Positions 13,368-26,402 of a stretch of DNA of 64,000 bases are shown one piece after another. A program made the translations under genes and the position numbers. Source of the stretch: Chlorokybus atmophyticus. Its lineage: Eukaryota > Plantae > Mesostigma and Chlorokybus algae. The DNA is taken from the NCBI GenBank assembly GCA_009103225.1, contig RHPI01003762.1, positions 124,001 to 188,000 of the forward strand. The letters run 5' to 3'. The notes under the pieces were generated by a model. It was not told where the DNA came from. It saw only the letters and a list, made by a program, of their open reading frames with translations, and did not search any database. Each line of letters opens with the position of its first letter. The first letter of the stretch is position 1.

Positions 13368-13948
13368 AGCAGGCAGCGCGCATTATACGTCAATACAGTC
13401 CCCCTCAAGGGGGATACTAAAATGGGGGGGGGGACTCTAAGGTTAAAACACAGTCCCCCCCCCCCAAATTTGCCGGGGGGGACTGTGTTCGGGGGGGGAC
13501 TGTGTTGGGGTAAATACGGTACCTCCCGCATAAGGCACACCTCACCTCCCGAGGGCAGCACACCTCTGTCCAAGCACATCGTTGGTGGGTAGTCATGGTG
13601 TGCTTGGACAGAGTTGTGACTATACAACATATCGACAACCTGCATTCAATTGACTACAACTTGGACAGATTGAAAGGTAACCGAACCTGCACCGTTATCG
13701 TTGCCGTTACACGACACCGAAAACAGCAAACCGGAACTTGCAGTAACCATCACTTCTGGTTGGTTTACAGTTGGATATCCATTCCCCCATTGACGCCTTT
13801 AGTGTTATCTTTGTGACACTGCAAGACAGTTGTATCTTGCAACTCTATAGGCTAGTATGTGTCTACGTAGCGTGTGGCCCCCTAATAACATATACAATAT
13901 CCCCTCTAAGACAAGTTGCATAGATGAGAAAGAGCAACTCAATAGCAG

Positions 13949-16725
13949 TCATCTCCGGAAGACTGCGAGCGTCTCGATGCTGCAACACACCCAACAAGCA
14001 ACTTAATGCAGGGCAGAAGCGGTTGTATGCAAGCGCGCACGTGCGCACACACACGCACGTGTGTGTATGTTGCTTGCGCAAGATTTTCTATGCGCAATCT
14101 GCGTACCTATCTGTTCCCGGAAAGAATAAGAACCCCATTGCAGTCTCGAGCCGCCACGCGCTATCACCAATGAGAGCATCGCAGTCCTGTCGAAAAACAC
14201 CATTACAGCGTCGCAATCCACACAACCTAACCCACCCTCACTCACCCTCTCAAAGGCCTCCCAGCCGCAGCTGACATATATTAGCGTGTGCAGCTGGCCG
14301 CTTGAACGTCGCAGCACCGATAACAACTCCGCACCGAGGCCCTTGCGCGGCGGGTCCACAACCACAACATCCACGTCCGCCAAGTACTCTTCCACAGACT
14401 GCACACGTGATATGTCCACTTCAATGTGTTGAGGTCTTTGCCTCGCCTGCGTGGTTATGCGGTTCTCTCACCTCTTCGGCGCCTCCGACATGAAAGGTTA
14501 TGAGCTGGCGCAGATGCTGAGGCAGTGCGGCCCGCGACTGCGCGAACGGGTCCTCGGCAGCCGGGTTGCGCTCAACACACCTCACACTCCTGCAAGTGAT
14601 GTTGTTTTCACGCCGCACACACGCACACAGGCAGCATGAGATATGCCATTACCTGCATTGGCAGGCTGCGAGGACGGCCAGGCCAATGGCTCCAACACCA
14701 GCGTACAGATCAAGCACAGCGCTGTTGGGAGGGACGTGCTCGCACAAGCAACCCAGCAACACACGAAACTCCTGCAATGAGCACTTTACTCATCACATTG
14801 TCATGTGTCACAGTAATCAGATGCGATAGATGCGCGTGTCTACCCACCTCAGAGTTGGCTTGCGCGAAGCTGCCGGGTGCAAAGCTCACGGCGGCATCGT
14901 GTTGTTCGTGTGTGGGATGTGGAGAAGGCGGGAAGAGCGTGTCCCACGCTGAGGGAGCACCAGCGAGCAGCTGCCACGACGGGGACAAGATCACCTGATC
15001 GTAAGCGAGGTGTTATCGATGGACTGTGTGTGTGAAGCGGTGCGCATTGCTGCTTTGTTGGGTTTAAACACCCACCACCCACGTTTGCACGCGAGGTGTT
15101 GAAGTTGGCCCACACCGAGTGCAGGACGCGGCCATGTCCATTGTCGTGGCGATCACCCGCGCGGGCGCAAAGCTCCTGCATGCGCAAGTGAGGTACGTTA
15201 CAACAACGCGAGCGCCTGGTTTGTGCTTGTGTGATGCATAGACATGCGTAGTGATGCGTACAATATAGCGCACCTTGGCGAAGGCCTGCAGTTGATCCAC
15301 ACCGCGCGCGTCCTCAGGCTCGCAGTTCCACACCAGACTCAGCTGCACTGCCAGCCCTGTCCTGGCACAGCATCACCATGAGCACCAGAGACACACAACA
15401 TAAACAGGCAAATATGAGCGATGAGAAACTTTGTTTACCCTCATCGCGCGCGCGCACGGCAGCCTCCGCACTTTCGTGCACCACCGCAAGCTGCAATAAA
15501 CGGGAGGTAATGTCAGGTCTGAGGTATGATGTGTGTGCATATGCGTTCGTGGGTGCGTGTGTCTACCTGGATGTAGCGAAGGCTGCCGCTGCCGGTTGAC
15601 TCGTTGTACGGTTCAACCCTCAAGTCCAACATAACTGCATACCCAGCGTTTGAGAACGACATGTTGTTCGTGAGCTCGACTGAATCGATGGAATGTGCAT
15701 CAAAGATGAGCACTAGTAATCGACACACCTTCCTTCACCAGCTGCACCGCTTCGTTGATGAGCGGGTGATGCGCTGAGCATAAGCACCACGCGAGTGAAT
15801 CAATGCTCGGCTTGGCTTCACAGACTTTGCGGCGCGAAGCATGCACGCGCACCTTTGCAGTTGGGTATGGGCACGACGTCGTGCGTGCCGGCCCCGTACA
15901 ACCCCAACAGCGGGTTTCGCGCAGTGCCGCGCACCGCCAACTTCGCTCGTCGCCGCCAACCATGCTGCGATCAACACGCAATAACAGACGCACACACATG
16001 AGCACTCATACCAGCAAGCGCTTGCAAACACACTAATCTGCTAATGCGCTGATGTGGTATTGTTGTACATGACACACCCCACCATGTCTCCTGCGTGCAG
16101 AATAAAGTCGGAAATGCCCCTTTGGGCAAAAAACTCTCGTGCGCGCGCGTATACGGAAGGTGTGACCAAATCCGAGTTCAGCGTGCATCCCGAACACCTG
16201 GAGCAACATGTACAACAAACATGTAAAGCCACAAATGAACCACGAATGCACTGCACACACATATTCACGCGCGTACCGGTCAAAGTGTTCGCAGCCGAGC
16301 TCATCGCGCATACTGCCACCCGCTCGGTTCTCGCCTTGAGCAACATGTCTATGCTGTGCATGTCGTTGTTGCTGCTGTCGCTGTTGTGTACTGTATGTGT
16401 GTGGTTGCTTCTTCTCCTCCTTCTTGCGCTGTTGTGCTTGTCGTGGTTGGCTGTTGGGTTGCGGGGCTTCCTTCGCACGCTTCTGTGACGTTGAGGCAGT
16501 GACACTTTTTATGTTGGGCTGCGCTGCTTGCATGCGCCAGAGCAGGGACGCTCCTACTGCATGCATTCGCAAGTAAAAACAACGCCCATGAATGGCTGTC
16601 GCACGCATCCATAATTCTTTGGAACTATTGTAGCACAGTGTGTGTTCTGACCAAACTCCTTTGTCGATGGCATCATGCAACATTGCCCCCCATAGTGCGT
16701 ACGAACGCACAGGGATCGCTGTCAT
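13949..16725 (-). CDS. RNA (uracil-5-)-methyltransferase, RlmD/RumA/Trm2 family (multi-exon)
   Basis: Spliced exons give GCEHFDRCSGC (4Fe-4S-type motif), GWRRRAKLAVRG, FAPGSFAQAN, VLDLYAGVGAIGL (SAM motif I), VVVVDPPRKGL, LIYVSCG (catalytic Cys) and FFPGTDSIETLAVFRR*; start codon uncertain (16725 or about 16563). Confidence 0.88.
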
Positions 16726-16936
16726 CCATCCATTAACAACATCTTCGTTTGTTGTGCATTGAGAACGTGATAGTCAAGCAGTAGCAGAACTCCCCGTGAG
16801 ACACCAACTCGCTGCCAAATCTGATATTGCGCCAATAAGGAAAAAGAAGTGCTCCTACACAGCTGCATAGTTGTGTAAACGCTTATACGCACAATCAAAC
16901 ACAGCAGCATTAGTCACCATCAATCGACCACCTCAA

Positions 16937-16967
<31 letters not shown>

Positions 16968-17214
16968 GCCTGAAAGAAGGTATGGATATGAACAACGTAC
17001 TATACGTAACAAACCTGTGCTACAAAAGCCAAGCCAAACAAACTGAGCACACTTGCACACCTTGCATGCTGCTCCCCTCTCGCCGCCGCCGCCGCCGCCG
17101 CCGCCGCCACGTCCGGTTGTCCGTCCTTGTGTCCGAAGCATAGCGGTGTCAATCGCGTGCTGTTCAAGCGCTCTCGCCGGTCAGGGCGTTGGTGCATTGC
17201 CGGCCACGGCGGTC

Positions 17215-18848
17215 ATGGCGGCGGCGGCGGCGGCGGCGATGCCGGCAGCGGCGTGCGCCAGGCTGGGGCCGGGGTTGGGGTTGGGACTGCGCACAGCTGC
17301 CGCTCAGACGCCGCAGCAGCACGGAGCTCGGCTGAAAGGTCGGTGTCAGCGGCAGAGAGAAAGGAACAACGTTCGCCTTTGCCTTTGCCACGCATGCACA
17401 ATCTCACCTGCAGTAAATGACTATAAGCATGTGTGAGCTGCAGTCTTTGCATTGATGTGACTCTATGAGTCTGTGCTATAGTTGCTGGCGCGTTTATGCG
17501 CACTGCACTCTCTCACGTGCTGCATGCCCGGCCAGTTCTTCCCGCTGTGTGTGTGTATGTGCGCGCGCAATGCAGCAACACAGTAAACAAGAGCAGAGTT
17601 GGTTCTCATTCCTTGTGCCAGAAAGGCCAGTGGCACAGTTGCAACTATCAGAGATGCGTGTTTGCACTGCTTGCCCAATCAAAGAAGTTCTCTATGTATG
17701 TATGTATGTATGCGCAGACCACTGGCGTCACGACAGCTTGCGACTATCTCCCTCTCCCTCATTACCACATTCTCGCCGTCGTGCGTGGCGCGTGTGCGCG
17801 TGCAGCAGCAGCAGCAGCAGTGGCGATGACTTGGCGTCCGATCTGGCGGCGTCGTTCGCGCGGTTCGTGAACGAGGCGGGCCTTGCTGATCCCACCGCAA
17901 ACCGCTCGCCGACAGCACTCATGCCACCATCCGCCGTCGTCGCCGCCGTGGTGCGTGATTGTGAGATTGCGTGTATGTGTGCAGGCGTGGGGCCGTATGG
18001 TGCGTGTCACCGTCCGTACATGTGACGTGAGAGAGAGTGCCCGTGTGCATATGCGTGTGCGCGCATGCGTATGTGAAGTGAGTTGCATTGTGCGCGTAAC
18101 CGGACCCATGCGTGAGAGAGGTAACCCACCTGCGTCTCTCCCACACCACCCGCTCGCAGATGGACGCTCTCATGCGCAACGACTGGCCCGAGGAGGACGC
18201 GGGCCTTCGCACCGCCTACGCCTTTGCCATGCCCTTCCAAGCCAACGCGATCCTCGCAGGCAAAGTGAGTCAACACAACACACAACACACAACCACCTCA
18301 GCGTCCAGTCTCTCACGCACGTGTGCGCAGGGGCGGCCGGGCGTGAGGGCGGCACGCAGCTGGCACGCGACAGAGGACTGGTTCGACTATGCGGACTTTG
18401 CGCGCACGCTCGCAGCCGACCCCGCATACAACAACCTCGTCAGATGCGCCTCATGGCGGGTAAGGGCACACTCGACTGACTGAGTGGTCATTGCTCAGTG
18501 GCTGACATTGTCTCTCTCTGTGCGTGTGCGTGTGTGTGTTTGCAGCCAGCTTCTTCGGTGGTGTTTCCCGGGCCGACGGACAACCGCGCGGTGCAGGCCG
18601 TCAAGGTGGTGCCCGTGGCCGCCAACGCCACATCCGCCGGCCACAGCAACGAACTTCAGCGGGAGCTCACCTTCACCTTCTGCCTCGAAAAGGTGACACA
18701 CTGCTTGCATTGACTGGACTACCGTTGGACAGTCACTGCTGACGTGTGGGATCATGTTGTTTGCATTGCTCGACAGGTTCTGGAGGGCGCGTTCAAAGGG
18801 TGTTGGATGACCGTGGGCGTGCGCGTCGGGGATTACGCCAACGTGTAA
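17215..18848 (+). CDS. conserved plant/cyanobacterial-type protein, DUF4864-like, probably plastid-targeted (multi-exon)
   Basis: Ala/Arg-rich transit-peptide-like N-terminus; exons QMDALMRNDWPEEDAGLRTAYAFAMP, WFDYADFARTLAADPAYNNLV, LTFTFCLEK and VLEGAFKGCWMTVGVRVGDYANV*. Family assignment is from recalled motif similarity (ALxxND...AxxFA...GCWMT). Confidence 0.6.
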
Positions 18849-19684
18849 GGTGTTAGCTCATTCGGTCCTGCTGCGAGCCACTCGCATGCACGAGTTTGAT
18901 ATAGCTGTTGTAAGGATGGTCTTGGGCATCAGCGCCTCCAAGGTGTTGATGGAAGTGTGAACATGTCGATACTGTTATTGACATATGCTAAAAAATCCAT
19001 CATGATAACCCAAAGCTGTCACACAATGTAGGGATCCTTCTCACCAATCTGTCGGTGGGTTGGGCAGTGGTGTTTGCAGAAAGTGGCGCTTAGTCCCACA
19101 ACACGTTCACAACCTCCCAGGCTGCAGTTTACAGAAATAAGCAGCACCAATTGCGAGCACACCAAACACACCAGAGCAGCCTATTTTGAGCACAATCACA
19201 CACTGGGTCGACTGACAACAGAAACCAGCACACGCTGCCTGTCACAAGTATGCGCAATGCCGTGCACAACAAGCTTAACTTGGAGGATTGCTGTCCTCTC
19301 GTGGTGCACGCATTTGCAAACTACACTAATAACACTTACCTACACTAGGTAGTAGTTCAACAAGGACATCAGGGTCTTGTGCTTGCTGTACATACTGACT
19401 CTAACTACCCTGTGAACAACTGTGCTGTGCTGCCTAGCCCTGACCGATCTCTGCAGAACGGGGGAGGCAAAAGAATCGTAAGCTGAAAGTTATGGTGGGT
19501 AGAGGGGGTGGAGGGAGGGTCAGTTTCACGAGCGACACACATCCACCGCATGCCTTGCAATACAACTCTTCGCGCGCACGTGTATATGTGTCCGTGTGTC
19601 CGTCGCTCTCGAGGCCCTCTCTCTGGTGGTTGTTGGATGGTTGGTTCCCAACACACAGTACTCACGCTCGCTCGCCTGTCACCC

Positions 19685-22600
19685 TCACGAGCTCGCTTGT
19701 ATAGACAGGTCACTGGCTGTGAGCATGGTCATCTTCTGCGGCGTGCCAACGGAGCCGAGCACCCCGACAAACACGGTGCCCGTGAGTTGGAACGGCGCGG
19801 GACCGCTGCGAACCGTGCGCCAACTGAGACCATCAGAACTGATCTGAAGCTGGACACCATTGCTGTTGGAGTAGAGCATCTTCAACCACACCGGGAAGGT
19901 GGGCACGGCCGCATCAACTGCAACACGACACAGATGGTAACGCGACACGACAACCACAACAACAACGACAACAGTGATGATGACGATGCTAGTGTGCGTA
20001 CTGTTGCTGGTGTAGGTTATGTTGGCACTCGCAGCGTAGGCCGTGCGGTACTGGTACGTGAGATATTGTTTGGGTGTGATGCCCCAGTGCGCGACGGCCG
20101 AGCGCGGGGAAAGAGACTGCCGCACCGCAAGACCGAACTGCGCGCTGTAGATGCTGTACTGAACAGCGTACACCTTCAACACCGCCTCGAAGCCAACCAC
20201 ATTCCGCAACTGCAACCACACCACATCACTAAGCCCAATTCGCAACAGAGTGACGCATACACAACATACACGCGCACTCACGTTCTTGTATATGAATGCG
20301 TGCTGATCCACCGTGCCGGAGACGCCCTCGCCGCCCGCAGTGAAGAAGATGTTCTGCCTGGAGTCCACAAACACGCCGCTGGGCAGCATGTTGGGGTACG
20401 TCGTGGGACCCACATCAACCACCCTCAGGTCCGATGGCAACGCCCCTACACGCACACAAACGTTACTGCTGATGATGATGATACACCATCCCAACATCAC
20501 TCGGCAAGCAGGGACACAAGTGCTGACCGTATTGGCCGGGAGCAGGCGTGACGATGGTGTACGATGCGAGAAACTTGTTAGTGATGCTGGCGTCGACCTT
20601 GATGGTCTGCGTGCGCGTGCCAAAGTTGGACCAGCCTGCGTGTGAAAGTCAGTGTGAGCAGAGTGGCTGTATGTTGTTCACATTGTCGATCAAAGCCAAT
20701 CCCTTGCAAGGAAGAGTACCCGTGAAGTTGCACGGTATGGCCCCTCTGTAAGTGTACGTTGCCGGAGCAGATATCACAACCGACTGCCCCGACGCCACCG
20801 ACACCGTGAGTACTCCTCCAGTAGTCGAAGTCTGTCACACGCACATATGAGGAAATGTGTGTACGCATACGCGCGCACACACACACACACACACACACGT
20901 ACATTCTGTCCGATGGCGAGGCCGATCACGGCAAGGGGGCCACTCACGACGCTGACGTCTACTTGCACGGGTGGCGGGGGAGGTGCAGTTGGTACCCGTG
21001 GCGGGGGTGGTGAGGGTTGTACACGTGGCGGGGGTGATGCAGGTTGGACTTGTGGCGCGGGTGGTGCGGGTGGTCCTCCCTTGACCGATGCCGAGACCGG
21101 GCCGCCCACGTTTGCCACCGTGGGCCACGAGAGCGAGTTCGCATTCCACGTGGTCACGCCGTCGATGTCCGCTACGCTCCCCTCAAGCTCGAATCGGTAG
21201 ACGCGCGTGAGGCGCGCGTCACGTGGCGTGTCCACCTTGATGGAGAAGGTGATCTCCCACGTCGACGAGGGCGCATCGTAATCCGTCTGCCAGAAGTCTT
21301 TCCCCCACACGCTCTGATCGATCACACTCCACGTGTTTCCGTTGTCTTCACTAACCTCCAGCTTCGGGTCCCGGAAGCCCGTCACGCCCGCGAGTGTGAT
21401 GGCCACGAAGCCGAGGCCACCCGTGAGAGTGAACTGCGCGTTGTTGAATCTGTCAACACGTACCATAATGGGCCGCACACGCAAGAGTGTCCCCGTGCTG
21501 ACCACTATAGCCATGTTGTTGCCCTGCGCCTCGCGCAGAGCCATGCGCCAACTATCCTCCCACCCGGGGCGTGACAACGCGGTGGCAAGGTTGGTGTTGG
21601 GACCGTAGTAGTCGGTGTTGAACTGCGGTAGGAGTATCTGCTCCACCACGCACTCCACGTAGTCCCCGGCACGCAAGCTCGTTGTGCCGGGTGGGGGAAG
21701 GATCTCGATGATGGACACGCGGCCACCATCGGCCTCTGTCGCGTACGAGTGGATGCCTCTCTCCGCCATGAACGGGTTCGAGGCACGACCGTTGAACACG
21801 GCGTTCCACTGAGATACAACAAACATGCGCTGCGCCTCTGTCACACCAGAACCTTCCTTCGCCTCGGCCTGGAAGTGTGTGTTGCACACAGTATCATCAG
21901 TGGTCAGACCCCTTTGCACAATTATGACACGGGACATATGTGGGTTTACTCACCCCCGTGTAGGAGACCCAGTTGCGCTTGCCCTTCAACTCGTAAAAGG
22001 GCGTGCGATATATGTCGCGGCCATTTGTATCTGTATGACAAGGGAGGGGGTGTTACAAACAAGCATGCGAGAAACACTCTTTCAGTCTGAGTGTGCGTGT
22101 GTGCACATACCGGGTCCCATAGTGGCGTTCCAGTCGGCGATGAGTCCATTCTCATCCCCATACGAAAAGTGGTGGTTGTATCCAAAGCTGTACGTCTCCG
22201 TGCCCATAGACCAGATGGGGAATCGGTAGAAGCTGACGGCGGACTTGACATCGATACGTAGGTGGTAGGTGGCACGCGCAGCATCGTCTGCGCGCTCAAT
22301 AGCAACGGTGTATTGCAAAGAGGTCCTTCCATCTTGGGACTTGCCGGCATAGGACGTCTCTGCGAGTAGTGGTCCTGTGCGCTTGCGGTGTGTCTTCATC
22401 TGTACGTTGAACTGGCGCAGACCGCCGTGATCCATGTAGTTGACGTCTGCGCCGCCCACATTAGTCGCCCACCCCCACTTCTCGCGCGAGTAGCCATTGC
22501 CCAACACGTACACGGGTCTCAGGTCCAGGAAGGCCGTGCGTATGGACCTGCTCTGGTCAGGCTCGTAACAAAAGGTCTCACCCCACGCGCCGATGGCCGC

Positions 22601-25092
22601 CTGGTCCCACTGCGCGTTGGGTTGATATGTCAGCGCCAGCTGGCCATATGATACAGCGGGCGCACCACCCCAGTACGCGTTGATCGTCGCCTGAACCATC
22701 GTCCATGTCGTGTATGCGGGGATCGTCATCTGCACGATGGCGCGGTACCACTTGGGGTTGGAGTCCCAGTTCTTAGATACTTGGACTGGGAGACCGATCG
22801 GGTTGAGGCTTGTGTCTGAGAGTGTTGATAGGATGCCGGGGATGAGGAACACGATGCCCGTCTTGGAGAATGCCAGACGAGACACGCGTGGCTTCGAGCT
22901 CGGGTTGCTCACGCTTACAGTCACGCGCTCGATGCGGTTCCACCTCTCCTCGCCCACCTCACCTTGCCTGCGAAGAGAGTGGGGGAGTTGAGCACTTGCG
23001 TGTGTTGTTTGTGACACAAAGTTAACAGGTCAAACAACTCACGCGTCGTTGCGCAGCTCTATGAGATGCCACCCTTCCTGCTCTTCATACGTGACTTCAA
23101 GGCCCGACATCGGCACCGGTTCTGTCTGTGGCAGCCACACAAGAGAGCCCACCGCGTCAACACAACCTTCTCAATAGCATGACAGAGTGGTTGGCAACCA
23201 CACACGCACCTGATCGGCCGTGACAACGATAGGCGTGGAGAGATCGGCCAGTCCTCGCTCCAGAGGGTTGAAAAAGGCCACCAGTGTGACAGAGTATGTT
23301 TGCGAGTTCGACCAACTGCAAGCCATCATTTGGGTGCACAATCACGAGTGAGGGGGTTCCACGCCGATCACACATCAACGACATGGCCTGGAAGATGTGG
23401 GCATACGTCTTAATCGTCTTACTTTGGGGGTGAGAGGGAGATGGTGTTGCCGCCAATGAGGCTCGCACCCTTGCTTCCTGCGAGAGTGAAGTCGGAGCCC
23501 AAACCCGCAGCGGACAACGAGATAAAGATGCGCTCGAAACCCGACAACCTGCAATGTTATCAAACTTGTAACAGATTGCATGCACGCAAGCACAGTGCAT
23601 AAGCAGACGCAGTGCGAATTAGGTTAAAGTACTGAGTCAGTCAACAATACAGTGCAGATGAAACGACGCACTCACGTGTTCATGTTGGTAACTGTGAGGG
23701 TCCACGACACCCTGTCCGGCCACACACCCAGCTCAATCACAGACCTGATGTACGACGTACCCGCTGCGACAGGGGGACATGTTAGTACACAAGTACACAA
23801 TAACTGCGCAACTGCTGTGTTGTGTTGTGTTGTGGAGTCACTCACAGGACCAGGAGATGGAGTCGTATCGGCGGTGATTGAACCAGCGCCCGTGCTCTAT
23901 GAGCTCCGCACTCTGGATGAAACTGGGAATTGCAATGCACGCAGATATAGATGTTAAAATCTCCGTGTAGTACATGGAAGTGAGCAATGAGCCGCGTGCA
24001 CTCACTCTCCGGAGGTGCCGATGGCGGTGTAGGTCTTGCCCGTGACGACCAACCCGAACGTGAGGGAGGGTGTACTGGGTAAATTGCTTCCCTCAATCAA
24101 ATCGTTGAAAAGGTTCAGGACATAAGGCTCTGCGCAACAATCAGACATAATCAGCACAACAGAGACGAATTGAAGCGTCTCAAGCAGCGCACTCGCATGC
24201 AAGCACACACGTGCGCAGGTGCAGATGTACACACACGGAGCTCCTCACCCGAATATCGCTGCCGCAGGGCGCCAAAGGAGAGCAGCTTGAGTGTGTTATA
24301 ACTCCACTCGAAGCCGTATCGGCTTGTCTGCACTGCAAGCGTGAGCTTCGTGCTGTCGCGCAGGCCGTCTTTCCAGTACATGTACGCATAGTCCGCCGCG
24401 CTGCCCACCACCGCGTCGGCAATGGGGACTGCCGCCGGCAATGCGTTGGACACTTTGATATCCACGACGTTGGTACTGATACCAATCTTGACTCCAGTAC
24501 TATCTTCTTGCGTAGGGGGCGCATCGGGCATCGGGCTGCGAGGAGGGAACCACAGTCGGGGGGAGAGAGAGACGTGATTGTTGCAATGCAAGCAAGCTGT
24601 GTGTGGCATGCATGCATGCATGCATCCACCACAAGCATACATGCAACCGTGCAAGCGATATTATGTACTGTGGTCACGTGCATGGAAGGCGGTGGATGCA
24701 TGCAAGGATGAGGTCAATGCATTGCAGTGTAAGTGCGTGTCTGGGTTCCCTGCCTCCCTGACAGTTGATGTGACAGTGGCAAGCGCTTGAGTGCACGCAT
24801 GCAAGTGCGCAGGCTCGTGTTGTGACGGAGTGTGTGCATGCGTGTCGCGTCAAGCATTGCAGCATGAAGTTGCGCAAGAAGCTTCGTGGCAAGGTCACTT
24901 GTTTTCCGCAACTTACTCTGCAATGACCACTTCCCGGTTGAGGCGGTACTTGCGCTGATCGGCGGCGCTGACCGCTTCGGCCACATTCTTCAGGCCGTCG
25001 TCCGCGAGCTGTGCATGGCTGGGGTGCAGCAAGAGGAGAGCTAGCAGCGAGACAAGGAGGAGGGTGTGCCGGCAGTGGCCCTCGGAAGCCAT
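19685..25092 (-). CDS. large secreted protein: signal peptide, bacterial-type central domain, Pro-rich linker, C-terminal ConA-like (DUF1349-type) lectin/glucanase fold (about 15 exons)
   Basis: ATG at 25092 gives MASEGHCRHTLLLVSLLALLLLHPSHA-QLADD; long exons 22082-23017 and 20774-21937; linker PPAPPAPQVQPASPPPRVQPSPPPP; C-terminal GGEGVSGTVDQHAFIYK...AQFGLAVRQSL...YQYRT...PVWLKM...SSDGLSW...TVFVGV; stop at 19685. Confidence 0.8.
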
Positions 25093-25783
25093 GACTGCGT
25101 CCTTCTCTTCGACAAGCGCCCCGTGTGTGGTCGTGCGTGTGTGTGCGTGCGTGCGTGCGTGCGTGCGACAGAGGCAGAGCGTCTCTCCTCCTGCCTCGCG
25201 CCTTGGCTCAGTCTCACTCCGCTACGCTCAGAGCTGTCTGCATCCCTGTCTCAGCAGCAGGCCGCTGCCTCCACCCATGACCACTACGCTCTCGTGACGC
25301 CCTGCGCGTGGCCTGCGCCGCTCCGTGGCCGCCGGGGTGTGCTGAGCTGAGCCGAGTGGAGCTGAGCTGAGGTTGAAGAAGCAAAGAACGCAATGCGTGA
25401 AGCAGACAGAGCGTGGAGGAGGAGCTTGCCTAGCTAAGCCGCCGCCGCCGTCATCGTTTCGTTTCGTTTCGTCAGTCAATAAGTGATGCACAGCGCGAAA
25501 AAGAGCTTGAGCAGACAGACAGCACGCGGCCCGGCCCGGCCCGTGCAAAACGACTGTTGTCCCACGGACAACTTGTCCAGTGTGCAGTGGATTATTGAAC
25601 AGCAGGCGTGCGCGTGCAAGATGGCGCGGAGACAGCCTGTACGTGCGCCGTAACTGATTGATTATTCGTATTGACGGTCATTGACCGCTTTAGACTGCTC
25701 CAATATCGGTGGCGGTCACTGACGGCAAAGTGCCGGTAACTTACTTACCCGGGGTACTGCCTTTAAGGGTAGGACTGTCGGAT

Positions 25784-25831
25784 ATGTACATGACATGGTA
25801 TCTATCATGATAGATACCATGTCATGTACAT
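25784..25831. repeat. perfect 48-bp palindrome
   Basis: ATGTACATGACATGGTATCTATCA followed directly by its reverse complement TGATAGATACCATGTCATGTACAT. Confidence 0.95.
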
Positions 25832-25955
25832 CACATGTGCATATCTACGAAATTAAATGCACATATATGCGTAGACATGTATAATACATACGACATAATA
25901 AACGTTGTGCGCAATTATACATACCATGAGTGATGAACATTTGCAAAAGGTACAT

Positions 25956-25957
<2 letters not shown>

Positions 25958-25996
<39 letters not shown>

Positions 25997-26314
25997 TATG
26001 TTGAGTATATAAATGTATATGTATATAAGAAGTTTACATATAGTGTATGGGATGAAGCGGGTAACTGAACAATAATAGAGCATAAGCATATACATTTACA
26101 TGAGCATGTTTATTATATTAATCAACATGAATACACGTTAAATGAATACACCAATATGTATGTATTCGCATATCATTTTAAGTTTACATATATATGTGTG
26201 TGTGTTTACAAAAGATGTACACGCACATATGTACACACGCACACACACACACACGCGCGCGCACGCACGCATGCATATAGATACATGTGTATGTGTGTCT
26301 GTGTGTGTGTGTGT

Positions 26315-26383
<69 letters not shown>

Positions 26384-26402
26384 NNNNNNNNNNNNNNNNN
26401 NN
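25958..26402. repeat. microsatellite block: (CT)n, (CA)n, (GT)n, ending in a 19-N gap (26384-26402)
   Basis: Directly visible dinucleotide runs. Confidence 0.95.

Larger units (their letters stand above)
9948..13519 (+). mobile_element. pogo-family (POGK-like) DNA transposon
   Basis: Perfect 27-bp TIR CCGTATTTACCCCAACACAGTCCCCCC at both ends, TA TSD (9946-9947, 13520-13521), subterminal ACAGTCCCCCC repeats. Confidence 0.93.
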
